NCBI GenBank assembly: GCA_964602245.1
Contig: CAZRPY010000005.1
Location: 6,176 to 70,175, forward strand
Reading direction: 5' to 3'
DNA: 64,000 nt
From: an uncultured Methanosarcinales archaeon
GTDB taxonomy: Archaea > Nanobdellota > Nanobdellia > Woesearchaeales > JACPIF01
Positions 21,044-31,145 of the stretch are shown one piece after another. The notes beneath the pieces were generated by a model. The model did no database searches, was not told the DNA's origin, and worked only from the letters and a program-made list of their open reading frames with translations. How positions within the stretch are numbered: position 1 is the stretch's first letter; each line of letters begins with the position of its first letter. The position numbers and the translations under genes are program-made.

Positions 21044-21670
21044 TCAGCCAGCCTTCTTCTTAATTCTCTTTAGCCTAAAGATATTCTCTCTTTCCATCTC
21101 CTCAAGCCTTAATGTTATAAACATTCTTATTTTTTCAAGCTTAGGTATAATCTCATACTCCAAAGCATTAACTCTTCTCTTTGTCTTTTCAATCTCTTTC
21201 AATAGTTTTTTCATTGAAGTTTCAATCTCTGCAGCCCTAATTACCTGCTCAACAACCCTTTCAAAAGCCTCTGCAGCCTCATCAATCCTTGCAGAGACTC
21301 CCATAAAGCCATATCCTCTCTCAAAACTGCTTCTTCTAAGCTCTGGAGCTTTTATTTTAGGAACTATAACACCCATTATATTCTTTGTTTCCATTCCAAT
21401 CTCAGCAGTATTAACAATGCTCAGGCCAATAGATTTTATAGTTATATCACCCTCTGCTGCTCTGGCAATATTTACCTTCAGTAAAGCTTCTTTATAACTC
21501 TCAATTAACTCTTTTCTAATAGTCTTTGCACTTTTTAATATTTCAAAGAATTCCAATATTAGCCCATCCCTTTTCTTTTTCAGAAGATTATAGCCAGATT
21601 TAGCTAGCCTAATCCTATGCTTAAGCTTAATTAATTCGCTTCTTGTTGGCTTAATATCAATAGTTACCAT
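21044..21670 (-). CDS. atpD: A-type ATP synthase subunit D
   Basis: PTRSEL..LLKKKRDGL..EIEKTKRRVNALE. Confidence 0.96.
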   Translation of the reverse strand: MVTIDIKPTRSELIKLKHRIRLAKSGYNLLKKKRDGLILEFFEILKSAKTIRKELIESYKEALLKVNIARAAEGDITIKSIGLSIVNTAEIGMETKNIMGVIVPKIKAPELRRSSFERGYGFMGVSARIDEAAEAFERVVEQVIRAAEIETSMKKLLKEIEKTKRRVNALEYEIIPKLEKIRMFITLRLEEMERENIFRLKRIKKKAG

Positions 21671-21686
21671 CGTAAATAATTAATTA

Positions 21687-21779
21687 TAGAGAACTTTGAA
21701 TAATTCATTATTTTGACATTTTTCATTCAAAGTTCTCTTAGAGAATTTTGACTATTGGATAATTTTTCAAAATTCTCTA
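21687..21779. repeat. tandem pair of long hairpins
   Basis: AGAGAACTTTGAAT/ATTCAAAGTTCTCT then TAGAGAATTTTGA/TCAAAATTCTCTA. Confidence 0.75.
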
Positions 21780-21794
21780 TAAAATTTTATTATT

Positions 21795-21902
21795 TTTACA
21801 ATTTTGTGTGAATCTTATATATTTGTCCGCTACTTAACATGAACAAACCACCGAAAAGCGGACCTCTGTATAGCCTCTTAGAGAGGCTCGTTAATGTGCA
21901 AA
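21795..21902 (-). repeat. structured repeat family 1, copy C
   Basis: GTCCGCT/AGCGGAC and AGCCTC/GAGGCT stems. Confidence 0.85.
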
Positions 21903-21930
21903 TTATTAATATCAATTTTTATTATTTTAT

Positions 21931-23307
21931 TTATTTTTTATCAACTGTTTTATGATATTTCTTCTTTAGCTCACTACTAACTCTATTTAACTCATGCTCA
22001 GGTATTGCTCCTAGAAGCTCCCATGACAGGTCTAAAGTTGTCTGTATACTTCTATCCTCATTCCTAGCCTGTTTCACAAATCTTCTTTCAAACTCTTCAG
22101 CAAACCTTAGCAATCTCTTGTCTCTTTCGCTCAAAGCCTCCTCTCCAACAATTGCAACTAAGCCTCTCAAATCCCTGCCCTCTGCATAAAATGCATAAAG
22201 CTGGTCACTTACTTGCTTATGGTCCTCTCTGGTCTTTTCTTCTCCAATCCCTAAATTCATAAGCCTTGAAAGCGATGGCAATATATCTATTGGCGGGTAA
22301 ACATTCTTCCTATGCAACTCTCTAGATAATACAATCTGTCCTTCTGTAATATATCCTGTCAAATCTGGAATAGGATGTGTTATATCATCTCCAATCATTG
22401 TAAGAATAGGAATCTGTGTAATGCTACCTTTCCTGCCTTTAATCATCCCAGCCCTTTCATAAATAGTTGCAAGATCTGTATACATATACCCAGGATATCC
22501 TCTCCTTCCAGGAACTTCTTCTCTTGCAGCCCCAATCTCCCTCAAGCTTTCACAGTAATTTGTCATATCTGTCAGTATAACAAGAACATGTGCATCCTTT
22601 TCATATGCAAAATATTCAGCAGCTGTCAAAGCCATTCTTGGTGTAACTAGCCTCTCAACTGCAGGGTCATCTGCTAGATTCAAGAAAACTACACTCCTGG
22701 AAAGAGCTCCAGTCTGCTCAAAATCCCTGATAAAATACTGTGCCTCTTCATTAGTTATTCCCATTGCTGCAAATATTACTACAAAATTAGTTTCCTGTCC
22801 TATAACTTTTGCCTGCCTTGCAATCTGCAGTGCAATCTCATTATGCGGCAAACCACTTCCTGAGAATAGTGGCAATTTCTGGCCTCTGACTAATGTATTA
22901 GTTCCATCAATTGTTGATACACCTGTCTGTATAAAATCACTTGGACTATCTCTTGCATAAGGGTTAATAGCTGCTCCAATAATATCAAGCCTTTTTTCTG
23001 GTATTATTTCTGGTCCATCATCAATTGGCTTTCCAGCTCCATTTAGGATCCTTCCGAGCATATCCTCAGAAACAGACAATTTTATTGTTTCTCCAAGAAA
23101 CTTTACTCTAGTTTCCTTATCAATCCCGCTTGTACCTTCAAAAACCTGCACAACAACAACATCATCACTAGTGTCTAAGACCTGCCCATTCTTTACCCTG
23201 CCATCTGGCAGCATTATCTTAACTAAATCTCCATAAGCAACAGGATCTGTATTCTTCACAAACACTAAAGGCCCTGCAACCTTTGTTATTGTTTTGTATT
23301 CTTTCAT
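21931..23307 (-). CDS. atpB: A-type ATP synthase subunit B
   Basis: [18 protein letters not shown]; [14 protein letters not shown]. Confidence 0.97.
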   Translation of the reverse strand: MKEYKTITKVAGPLVFVKNTDPVAYGDLVKIMLPDGRVKNGQVLDTSDDVVVVQVFEGTSGIDKETRVKFLGETIKLSVSEDMLGRILNGAGKPIDDGPEIIPEKRLDIIGAAINPYARDSPSDFIQTGVSTIDGTNTLVRGQKLPLFSGSGLPHNEIALQIARQAKVIGQETNFVVIFAAMGITNEEAQYFIRDFEQTGALSRSVVFLNLADDPAVERLVTPRMALTAAEYFAYEKDAHVLVILTDMTNYCESLREIGAAREEVPGRRGYPGYMYTDLATIYERAGMIKGRKGSITQIPILTMIGDDITHPIPDLTGYITEGQIVLSRELHRKNVYPPIDILPSLSRLMNLGIGEEKTREDHKQVSDQLYAFYAEGRDLRGLVAIVGEEALSERDKRLLRFAEEFERRFVKQARNEDRSIQTTLDLSWELLGAIPEHELNRVSSELKKKYHKTVDKK

Positions 23308-23397
23308 AACAGCACCTTACTTATTATAAATGATTTAAATTTAATTTCTGATTTCTTTGAATTGATTTTTAGTTTATTGATTTTGATTTTTTCTTAA

Positions 23398-23540
23398 CTT
23401 GCAACGATTTGAGCATTTGGAATACTTTTCGTTTACGAAAAGTCAGGAACGCTAGTGACTATACCTGTCCGCTAGCGAACTTTACATATTTGATGAGCGG
23501 ACTATTGTAAAGGCACGTAGTTCGTGCCTCGTAATGCTAA
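23398..23540 (-). repeat. structured repeat family 1, copy D (contains the 39-bp module at 23422-23460)
   Basis: GTCCGCT/AGCGGAC and AGGCACG/CGTGCCT stems. Confidence 0.85.
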
Positions 23541-23581
23541 TTATTATTAATTCTTTATCTATAATCTAGTTAATTCATTTT

Positions 23582-25381
23582 TCAATAAGTCACTTTTAGC
23601 AGCTCAAATTCCTTGTGCATCTCTTTCTCTATTTCATTTAATGCCTGCTCATAATTTTTCTCAAACCTTATATTTGCAATCTTTTGCTTAGCCTTAACAT
23701 TCAAAATATCTCTAACATTTACTCCTCTTGCAAGATTTTCATTGGCAAGCTGTGCATACTTTAATATTATTTTCATAAGCATGTATGTCTTCTTTAGCTC
23801 GCAGTATGTGTCAACCTCATGATATGCATTTTGTTGCAGGAAAAATTCTCTGATCATCCTAGCAACCTCTAAAGTTAATTGCTCTTTGTCAGGCAATGCA
23901 TCAGAGCCTACCAACTGCACTATCTCAAGCAATTTTTCTTCTTCTTGCAGAATTCTCATTATTTTATTCACACTTTCCTTCCAATCTGCTGCAACACTAG
24001 TATTAAACCACTGCTCTAAAGTTGATAGATAAAGGGAATATGATGTAAGCCAGTTAATTGCTGGAAAATGTCTTCTCTGAGCTAGTTTAGCATCTAATGC
24101 CCAGAAAGCCTTTGTTACTCTTAATGTACTCTGTGTTACTGGCTCTGAAAAATCCCCTCCAGGAGGAGAAACTGCTCCTATTACACTAACAGATCCTTCT
24201 ACCTTATGCTTATTACCTTTATTATCTTCTCCTTCTTCACCAGAATCTTTTGCACCTAGTGGAATAACCCTGCCAGCTCTCTCATAAAACTCTGCAAGCC
24301 TTGTTGAAAGATATGCAGGATAACCCTCTTCTCCAGGCATCTCTTCAAGCCTTGAAGAAATTTCTCTCATTGCTTCTGCCCATCTGCTTGTTGAATCTGC
24401 CATTAAAGCAACAGAATAGCCCATATCCCTATAATATTCAGCAATAGTTATCCCAGTGTAAACTGAAGCCTCTCTTGCAGCAACTGGCATGTTAGAAGTA
24501 TTTGCAATCAAAACTGTCCTGTTCATTAAAGGCTGCCCTGATTTAGGGTCAGTTAAATGAGGAAACTCTACCAATACTTCAGTCATCTCATTACCTCTTT
24601 CACCGCAACCAATGTAAACAATAATATCTGCATCTGCCCATTTTGCAAGCTGGTGCTGGCTAACTGTTTTTCCTGCTCCAAAAGGTCCAGGTATTGCAGC
24701 TACACCACCTCTAGCTATTGGAAATAGTGCATCAAAAATTCTTTGCCCAGTCAGCAATGGTGTAACTGGAGCTAATTTCTTTGCAACAGGCCTTGCAGCT
24801 CTTACAGGCCATTTCTGCATCAAAGTTAGTTTTGCTCCATTATCCAGCTTGCAGATTGTTTCATCAACTGTAAACTTACCCTTGGATACCTCAGCAACTT
24901 TTCCAGATATTCCATAAGGCACTAATATTTTATGCTTAATCCCATGTGTCTCTTCTACCTCACCTATAAAATCCCCTTGATGCACAAACTCTCCTTTATC
25001 AACTAATGGTATAAAATCCCATTTCTTGTCTCTATTCAAGCCAGGAGCATTCACTCCTCTTTTAATAAAATCACCCATTGCAGTTCTAAGCTCAGGCAAA
25101 GGCCTTTGTATTCCATCATAAATAGAACTAAGTAGCCCAGGTCCAAGCTCTACTATTAAAGGTTGTCCAGTGTTAACAACAGGCTCGCCTGGCTTTATCC
25201 CAGACGTATCCTCATACACTTGAATAACAGTCTTATCCTCAACTATCTGTATAACCTCTCCCATCAACTTTTCATTCCCAACCCTTACTAAATCATACAT
25301 TCTAGCTGATAGTCCTTTAGCTACTACAACAGGCCCTGCAATTCTGTATATCTTACCTATTAATTCTTTTTCCATTTTCAC
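23582..25381 (-). CDS. atpA: A-type ATP synthase subunit A
   Basis: GPFGAGKT Walker A; GCGERGNEM; no intein. Confidence 0.97.
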   Translation of the reverse strand: MKMEKELIGKIYRIAGPVVVAKGLSARMYDLVRVGNEKLMGEVIQIVEDKTVIQVYEDTSGIKPGEPVVNTGQPLIVELGPGLLSSIYDGIQRPLPELRTAMGDFIKRGVNAPGLNRDKKWDFIPLVDKGEFVHQGDFIGEVEETHGIKHKILVPYGISGKVAEVSKGKFTVDETICKLDNGAKLTLMQKWPVRAARPVAKKLAPVTPLLTGQRIFDALFPIARGGVAAIPGPFGAGKTVSQHQLAKWADADIIVYIGCGERGNEMTEVLVEFPHLTDPKSGQPLMNRTVLIANTSNMPVAAREASVYTGITIAEYYRDMGYSVALMADSTSRWAEAMREISSRLEEMPGEEGYPAYLSTRLAEFYERAGRVIPLGAKDSGEEGEDNKGNKHKVEGSVSVIGAVSPPGGDFSEPVTQSTLRVTKAFWALDAKLAQRRHFPAINWLTSYSLYLSTLEQWFNTSVAADWKESVNKIMRILQEEEKLLEIVQLVGSDALPDKEQLTLEVARMIREFFLQQNAYHEVDTYCELKKTYMLMKIILKYAQLANENLARGVNVRDILNVKAKQKIANIRFEKNYEQALNEIEKEMHKEFELLKVTY

Positions 25382-25399
25382 TTTTTATTTCAACAGATA

Positions 25400-25445
25400 T
25401 CATTTCCGAGTTATACGAGGAAATTAGCGGAACTTTTGTTTCGCT
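25400..25445. repeat. twin-hairpin unit between atpF and atpA
   Basis: ATTTCC..GGAAAT followed by AGCGGAAC-TTTT-GTTTCGCT. Confidence 0.55.
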
Positions 25446-25757
25446 CTATTTCCACAAATCAACTCCTATCGACTTTATTATCATCTGCCTTAATCCTTCC
25501 TCTCTGCCCTCTGTTGATAGCACAACAACACTTGGCTTTACAGAAGTTTCCACAATCTCTCTAAAATTCGCTGATAGCTTACCCATTGTTGTATCATCAG
25601 TTATAATTATCCCAGTATCAGGATTTTCAAAAGCCTCTCTAAATTTATGCTCAGCATTTTCTTCAGCATCAATTATCTTTCTTATCCCAGCTAACTGAAA
25701 GCCCAGGTTAAATTCATTTCCTCCAATAACAATTACTTCATTTATTTTATCGCTCAT
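25446..25757 (-). CDS. atpF: A-type ATP synthase subunit F
   Basis: GFQLAGI..IIKSIGVDLW. Confidence 0.93.
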   Translation of the reverse strand: MSDKINEVIVIGGNEFNLGFQLAGIRKIIDAEENAEHKFREAFENPDTGIIITDDTTMGKLSANFREIVETSVKPSVVVLSTEGREEGLRQMIIKSIGVDLWK

Positions 25758-25870
25758 TTTCTAGTTCTTTTCAATTTTTATTTTTAATTTGCTCGATGCA
25801 AAATTTTTTATTTGTCTAATGCAAATTATTTTATTATTATTATTTTAATAAGTATTAATACCGACTCTAA

Positions 25871-26941
25871 TTATATCAATAATTTCTTTTCTATATATTC
25901 TTCAGTGATACCTAATTGCTTGCCTCTAATAATAGCCTTTAAATTTCTTGCCTCTATATCCTTGGCAAGTAAATATGCAAGTATTGTTTGCGCTGAAAGT
26001 GGGTTTTGATGAGAGTAAAGTGCCGCATTTTGCATCCAAAATCTATCTAGCTCCAGCTCAATATCAACTATCGATTTATTTCTTTCAAATACACTGCCAT
26101 ACTTGGTTCTTTTAAGCTGTTCTATTAGTTCATCTATATTCAAGACTTCTGCCAGCTTTTCCAGTCTCTTTCCTATATGCTGCCCTGAAAATATTAAGAA
26201 CTGCATAGTCTTATTTTTATCAGCGTTAATCCTTTTCAGTTTTAACAGATTTCTAATATTTATCACATCAATCTCTATCCTGAGAAAAGCCTTAAACCTT
26301 TCACCCTCTTCAGGTATACTATCAGCAAACTCTAGTGTCTTGTAAAAGAAATCCTTGTCTAGCTGGTTCTCAATCATTGCTAAATCCTTAGTTTTCTCAA
26401 ACTCTTCAATATTTAGCTTATATCCTAGATTTTTTATTTTCTTTAGAATATCAGACAAAGAATTCATATTAAGTAAATTACTCAGAAATTTCTTGTCAAA
26501 ACTTCCAAGAGGTACTAAAAGATTTTCTGCACTCTTGATATCTTCTATTTTTTGTATCTTATTCTTGATTCTCAAAACTGTTTTTAAATTTTGTATGTCC
26601 CATCTTTTCAAGTAAGCATCTATTAGCTCAACCACTTCTTCTTCTGATATGGTCTTCAGCTTTTTAACAGTTTCAACAAGATTGTCATTTATAGCATATT
26701 CAGCAAGATCAACCCCTCTATGCTTAGAAGCAAGCTTGTCAACCGAAGCCTTATATTCAGTCTCTTGAAGATACCTTACTATACTGATAGTATCCATCTT
26801 TAGCAGTCTAGCATAGTCTTCTTTTTTTATCAGCTTACCTCTCATAGCACTTACTCTAGCATATGTGTAAGGATAAGTTCCCAACTTTATCTTTCTCTCA
26901 AAGTCAAACTTTCTATCAATCTCTTCAATTTTTAGTACCAT
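25871..26941 (-). CDS. atpC: A-type ATP synthase subunit C
   Basis: YPYTYARVSAM..EARNLKAIIRGK. Confidence 0.93.
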   Translation of the reverse strand: MVLKIEEIDRKFDFERKIKLGTYPYTYARVSAMRGKLIKKEDYARLLKMDTISIVRYLQETEYKASVDKLASKHRGVDLAEYAINDNLVETVKKLKTISEEEVVELIDAYLKRWDIQNLKTVLRIKNKIQKIEDIKSAENLLVPLGSFDKKFLSNLLNMNSLSDILKKIKNLGYKLNIEEFEKTKDLAMIENQLDKDFFYKTLEFADSIPEEGERFKAFLRIEIDVINIRNLLKLKRINADKNKTMQFLIFSGQHIGKRLEKLAEVLNIDELIEQLKRTKYGSVFERNKSIVDIELELDRFWMQNAALYSHQNPLSAQTILAYLLAKDIEARNLKAIIRGKQLGITEEYIEKKLLI

Positions 26942-26955
26942 TTTACTTATTTTCC

Positions 26956-27579
26956 TTATTTTCTCACTTTTTTAATTTTGACTTTTCTAGCCTTTTTGCC
27001 TTCTCTCTTTTCTTCACTCTTTGCAAAATCAAATAGCATGCTGCTGATTTTAGTAAGATTTTCTTCCTTATTTTTTTCTAGCAGACTGTTATAGCTCAAG
27101 TCTATCCTGACTGTCTTATCCTCATTTTCAAGTATTAAACCGCCAGAAATATCAGCATTATTAACTGAGAAATTGCCTAACTTCTTTACTAGTTGAGCAT
27201 CATTTTTATTGCAATAAATATGTTTTACTTTAATTTCTCTCTGAGCTTTTTTTAAGAGGTTTGCAATAGTTGTTTTTCTCTCTTGCTGACTAATTCTCTC
27301 AAGCTTATTTCTAACCTTACTCACTACTTGCTCTATAAGATCTTTTTTAGCTTTCAACATAGAATTTCTTGCATCAAGCTTTGCTTGTGATATTTCTTGC
27401 TTGCTCATCTCTTCCATCATCACTTGTGTTTCCTGCATCACTCTCTGTTTTTCAGCATCTGTTCTTCTCTGCATCAGCGTGTCTATACTATTTGCCTCTG
27501 CCTTTGCCTCCTTGAATATAGCATCAGCTCTCTCTTTAGCTCTCCTTAGCACTTCTTCTTTTACCTTCTCAAGCCCCAT
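26956..27579 (-). CDS. atpE: A-type ATP synthase subunit E
   Basis: MGLEKVKEEVL..ISGGLILE..RIDLSY. Confidence 0.92.
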   Translation of the reverse strand: MGLEKVKEEVLRRAKERADAIFKEAKAEANSIDTLMQRRTDAEKQRVMQETQVMMEEMSKQEISQAKLDARNSMLKAKKDLIEQVVSKVRNKLERISQQERKTTIANLLKKAQREIKVKHIYCNKNDAQLVKKLGNFSVNNADISGGLILENEDKTVRIDLSYNSLLEKNKEENLTKISSMLFDFAKSEEKREGKKARKVKIKKVRK

Positions 27580-27631
27580 TTTTCTATCAGCTTCAGCTAT
27601 GCAGGAATATAATAAATAAGCCAGTACTCAT

Positions 27632-27859
27632 TTACTTTGCCATATTTATGATGAATATAGCAACAACTAGTCCAAATATCACAAGAGTTTCTGGAATTAC
27701 AGTTAAAATCAAACCCTTTCCAAATAACTCTTCTTTTTCTGCCATTGCACCTATAGCTGCTGCCCCAATATTTTTCTCTGCAATCCCAGCTGCTATAGCA
27801 CTCAAGCCAATAGCTGCTCCTGCTCCCAGAGCAACTAATCCTGTTCCCAAATCAACCAT
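27632..27859 (-). CDS. atpK: A-type ATP synthase proteolipid subunit K (single hairpin)
   Basis: Two TM helices, IPETLVIFG. Confidence 0.95.
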   Translation of the reverse strand: MVDLGTGLVALGAGAAIGLSAIAAGIAEKNIGAAAIGAMAEKEELFGKGLILTVIPETLVIFGLVVAIFIINMAK

Positions 27860-27945
27860 TTTTAGACCTCCTTATATTTTATAATTAATGTGTTTAATAT
27901 CTGTGCTTTTTCTCTCTTATTTAAACCTTTTTGCTTAATCTGCAT

Positions 27946-29844
27946 TTAATCTTCATATTCACCAAAAGCCCTGAATTTCTTGCCTCCACCTTTATAAAAT
28001 CTTAAAAAAAATTCAACATAATGCAGCCTTAAAGATTGCAGGAAAGGCCCTAATATCCCTAAGCCTAAATTTATAAGATGCCCAGTAACAAGTATCAGCA
28101 TCCCTGCTATAATCATAAATATATTTCCGCTATGGAAAAACTCAAATGAAAACTCATTTACTACTACTGCAAGTAAAACAGATGCTAGTCCTAAAGCTGC
28201 TAGCCTAGCATAGGACAGAGTATTAGTAAGAAGTATAGGCAGCTCTATTAATCCTTTTACTCCCTCGCCTTTCCAAATCATTATAACAGATAGAATACTC
28301 ATAATTAGTCCAATACCAAAAGGGATACTAATAAATTCAAAAGATATATAAGCAGTTATCATAATTGCTATTGCAAATTCCAGTAAAATCCAGCTAAATT
28401 TTTCCAGAATCGCTGCCTTTATCCCATGTGCATTTAACTCATTATAAAAGCCTATCAAAAGGCTAAGATTAATATGCAACAATCCAAATATTATAGAATA
28501 AATCAATATACGATGTATTTCATTTCCTGCAACATTAATCATGTCGTGCTCCCTGCTTATAATAGGTTGAAAAAGTTCATAGCCAAAGAATTCTCCAAAC
28601 ACAAAGCCAAAGATTATTGTTGCTAGTGAAGACAGCATTAATATATTTGATATTTCTTTAGTCTCAGGCATTTTCCACCTTATCAGCAGGAAAATAAGTA
28701 AGCTAATAGCTCCATATCCTATATCTCCAAGCATAAAACCAAAGAATATTGGAAAAGTTAGAAATAGAAAGAAAGTGGGATCTATCTCCTCATATTTTGG
28801 CAAGGTATATAATTTTATCAGGAATTCAAATGGCTTAGTTACCCCAGGATTTCTTAGTTTTATTGGCGCATCTTCATGTTTCCCTGGTTTTTCAATCATA
28901 AAATGAATCTTATCATCAGTCTTCTTCTTTAGCTCAGCATTTAGCTCCATTACTTTATCCTCAGGCACCCAGCCAGTTATCATGAAAAAATTTTCAGTCT
29001 CAGCAAACCTTAATGGCACATCTGTTTTATCTACTTCCTGTTTAAGCACATTTTCAAAATGCAGCAGAAAATCTGCATACCTCTCTTTTATATCATTAAT
29101 ATTATCTTGGACAGCTTTTTTATTAACTTCTAATAATTCTAACTCTTTTCTAAGCCTTTTTAGATTTTCCTGGTTACTGCCACTGATATCATCAGGAACT
29201 TCAATATGTGCAAAATTATATTTTGAAAGTAAAGCCTGAATTTTGTCTTTTACTCTTGTATCAGCAAATAATGCTATAAGCAACTTATTTTTTTCCTTTA
29301 CATATACTAGCTCATAATTCCTAGTTATCTTTCTTATTTCTTTTTCTACATCAACATTATTTACAAGCCCTACAAAATATGCTATTGACTCATACTTAGT
29401 AAAACTTTCAGCTTCAACCTTTAATCTATCAAATATTTCAAGGCTCTTAATCATAGAAGAAATTTTGCTTATTTGCTCATTAATCCTTTTTATCTGCTCA
29501 TTATCATTTGAAAATCTCTCGCTTACCTGGCTGCATACATGGTTAAGCTGCTCATAATCCAATCCCTTTTCTGGCTTGATATACAATTCATAAACCTTCT
29601 CAAGATTAATTTTCTTTTGCTTTATTCCAAGTGTTGATATAATTGCTCTTATCTGCACTAAGATCTCAGAGATTCTTGCAGAATCCTCTAAAGGCCTGCC
29701 AATATCTAGCTCTTCATCTCTAATATGCTCTATTATATGCACAATTTTTCTTTTATGGAGAACTTCAATTGTTGTAGCTATAAATGTCTTCGGTCCTGTA
29801 ATTAAAACCCTCAGCATCCTTTCACTTTTAAGCATAGATCTCAC
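27946..29844 (-). CDS. atpI: A-type ATP synthase subunit I
   Basis: EIDPT..FGFMLGDIGYG; LSYARL; SLRLHYVEFF. Confidence 0.96.
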   Translation of the reverse strand: MRSMLKSERMLRVLITGPKTFIATTIEVLHKRKIVHIIEHIRDEELDIGRPLEDSARISEILVQIRAIISTLGIKQKKINLEKVYELYIKPEKGLDYEQLNHVCSQVSERFSNDNEQIKRINEQISKISSMIKSLEIFDRLKVEAESFTKYESIAYFVGLVNNVDVEKEIRKITRNYELVYVKEKNKLLIALFADTRVKDKIQALLSKYNFAHIEVPDDISGSNQENLKRLRKELELLEVNKKAVQDNINDIKERYADFLLHFENVLKQEVDKTDVPLRFAETENFFMITGWVPEDKVMELNAELKKKTDDKIHFMIEKPGKHEDAPIKLRNPGVTKPFEFLIKLYTLPKYEEIDPTFFLFLTFPIFFGFMLGDIGYGAISLLIFLLIRWKMPETKEISNILMLSSLATIIFGFVFGEFFGYELFQPIISREHDMINVAGNEIHRILIYSIIFGLLHINLSLLIGFYNELNAHGIKAAILEKFSWILLEFAIAIMITAYISFEFISIPFGIGLIMSILSVIMIWKGEGVKGLIELPILLTNTLSYARLAALGLASVLLAVVVNEFSFEFFHSGNIFMIIAGMLILVTGHLINLGLGILGPFLQSLRLHYVEFFLRFYKGGGKKFRAFGEYED

Positions 29845-30158
29845 ACAGCTTTCTTAAATCTCTCTACTACAAAATTAACAGCCTTACCAACATTAGATAA
29901 AGCCTTTTCCTTCATCTTTGCTATCTCTCTTTCACCTGCGATAAGTATTGCCTTTCTTTGCTTCCTAATTTCAGCTCTTTTATCAGCCAGTATGCTTTCT
30001 CTTCTCTGCTCTGCCTCTTTCAAGAATTCTTCATAAGCCTTTATTGCAGATAATTTTGCAGCCTCTATAAGCTCAATCTTTCTTTTCTCAGCATTCTGAA
30101 TTATCTCTCTAGCTTTTTCCTCAGTCTCCTTTATATCCCTTAATAATTGAATGTCCAT
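29841..30158 (-). CDS. atpH: A-type ATP synthase subunit H
   Basis: Charged helical protein at the head of the operon. Confidence 0.85.
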   Translation of the reverse strand: MDIQLLRDIKETEEKAREIIQNAEKRKIELIEAAKLSAIKAYEEFLKEAEQRRESILADKRAEIRKQRKAILIAGEREIAKMKEKALSNVGKAVNFVVERFKKAV

Positions 30159-30286
30159 GCCAAGAAATGTAATCTTATTACACTTTATAAAATTTCTTAT
30201 TTTTGCCTATTAAACCCCTTTTTAAGCTACCTGCTAAAGTCTTAAAAAGGCAAATTTTAAATACTTATTAACATTAAAAGTCTGGA

Positions 30287-30445
30287 ATGGTAAACAGGGT
30301 ATTGATTGGGCTGGGGATTGTAGCTATTGCTTTTATAATCTATAAAATTCTTTATCCCCAAAGCTCCTATGAAGAGGATGTCGAGAAAGAGCTCGAAGAG
30401 GTTGTATCCTCAGATAAGTATAAGGTAAAAGGCCAGTATGACTAA
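30287..30445 (+). CDS. small membrane protein (52 aa)
   Basis: N-terminal TM, ends SDKYKVKGQYD. Confidence 0.6.
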   Translation: MVNRVLIGLGIVAIAFIIYKILYPQSSYEEDVEKELEEVVSSDKYKVKGQYD

Positions 30446-30463
30446 TTCTATTGTCTATAAAGT

Positions 30464-30811
30464 GGCTCTGGTGAGAATAAGTTTTGCCATCAATTATGCG
30501 AGCATTAATTTATTTAAAACATCAAAGTTGACCGGGGGAAGTCCCTTATGGGGACCATAGAAATCAAAGTCCTAAATTTAGAAAACATATTATGTTTTCT
30601 AATATTACAAAACCATAGGTTTTTGTATAAATCGTTATACGATTTTGGGAATATGAAAATCCATAGGATTTTCAAATTAGAGATTCCTTTAGATTCTCTA
30701 AACTTGAAATCAATTGATTTCAAGTATTTCTAGGGTGCCAAAAATGCTTTGCATTTTTTAGCAGGTCAACCATCAGTATTAACATAAAAATGCGAACCGA
30801 TGGCAAAACTT
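30464..30811 (+). mobile_element. MITE-family copy with three-level nested twin-hairpin insertions (30555-30763)
   Basis: Starts GGCTCTG; shares GTTGAC.GGGGGAAGTCCCTTAYGGGG, GTCAAC and AAAATGCGAACCGA with 5406-5570; right TIR not clear. Confidence 0.75.
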
Positions 30812-30887
30812 AGCAATACCATATATAAGTTCTATAAGCAAAAGCCTTAAATATCAAAGATAAATCCTAAAAAGTATTCTATACAGG

Positions 30888-31100
30888 GTGATAAACATAG
30901 GCCAATATGAAATCCTTGAATATCTGAAGAAAAACCCCAGAAAATGGTTCATTACTAAGGAAATCGCTAAAGTTCTTAAGATGTCAGTTGGCTCTGTAAC
31001 AGCCTGCCTGAAGAGACTCAGGAAAAGCAATTTTGTAGAGTTTGAACAGGTTAGAGGCAATTTAATGCGATACAGGTATAGGAGAAGTGCTAAGGATTAG
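30888..31100 (+). CDS. small winged-HTH protein
   Basis: TKEIAKVLKMSVGSVTACLKRL. Confidence 0.8.
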   Translation: MINIGQYEILEYLKKNPRKWFITKEIAKVLKMSVGSVTACLKRLRKSNFVEFEQVRGNLMRYRYRRSAKD

Positions 31101-31145
31101 AGGTTATACTTTTCTCATAAAAAGAAGCGATAGAAGGAGCAAAAA

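Noticed and set aside
21795-23540. Functional integron cassette array (attC-like ends of family 1)
   Set aside because: The copies flank essential housekeeping genes, are dispersed and branched, and no integron integrase is in the window; kept only as a possible ancestry.
23582-25381. Intein in ATP synthase subunit A
   Set aside because: Length is normal (599 aa); there is only a short charged insert.
30514-30733. ORFs 30514-30723 and 30548-30733
   Set aside because: They are reading frames through the nested hairpin array.
30555-30763. CRISPR array interpretation of the hairpin clusters (also 2659-2815)
   Set aside because: There are no identical direct repeats with unique spacers; the hairpins are nested, and no cas1/cas2 genes are present.
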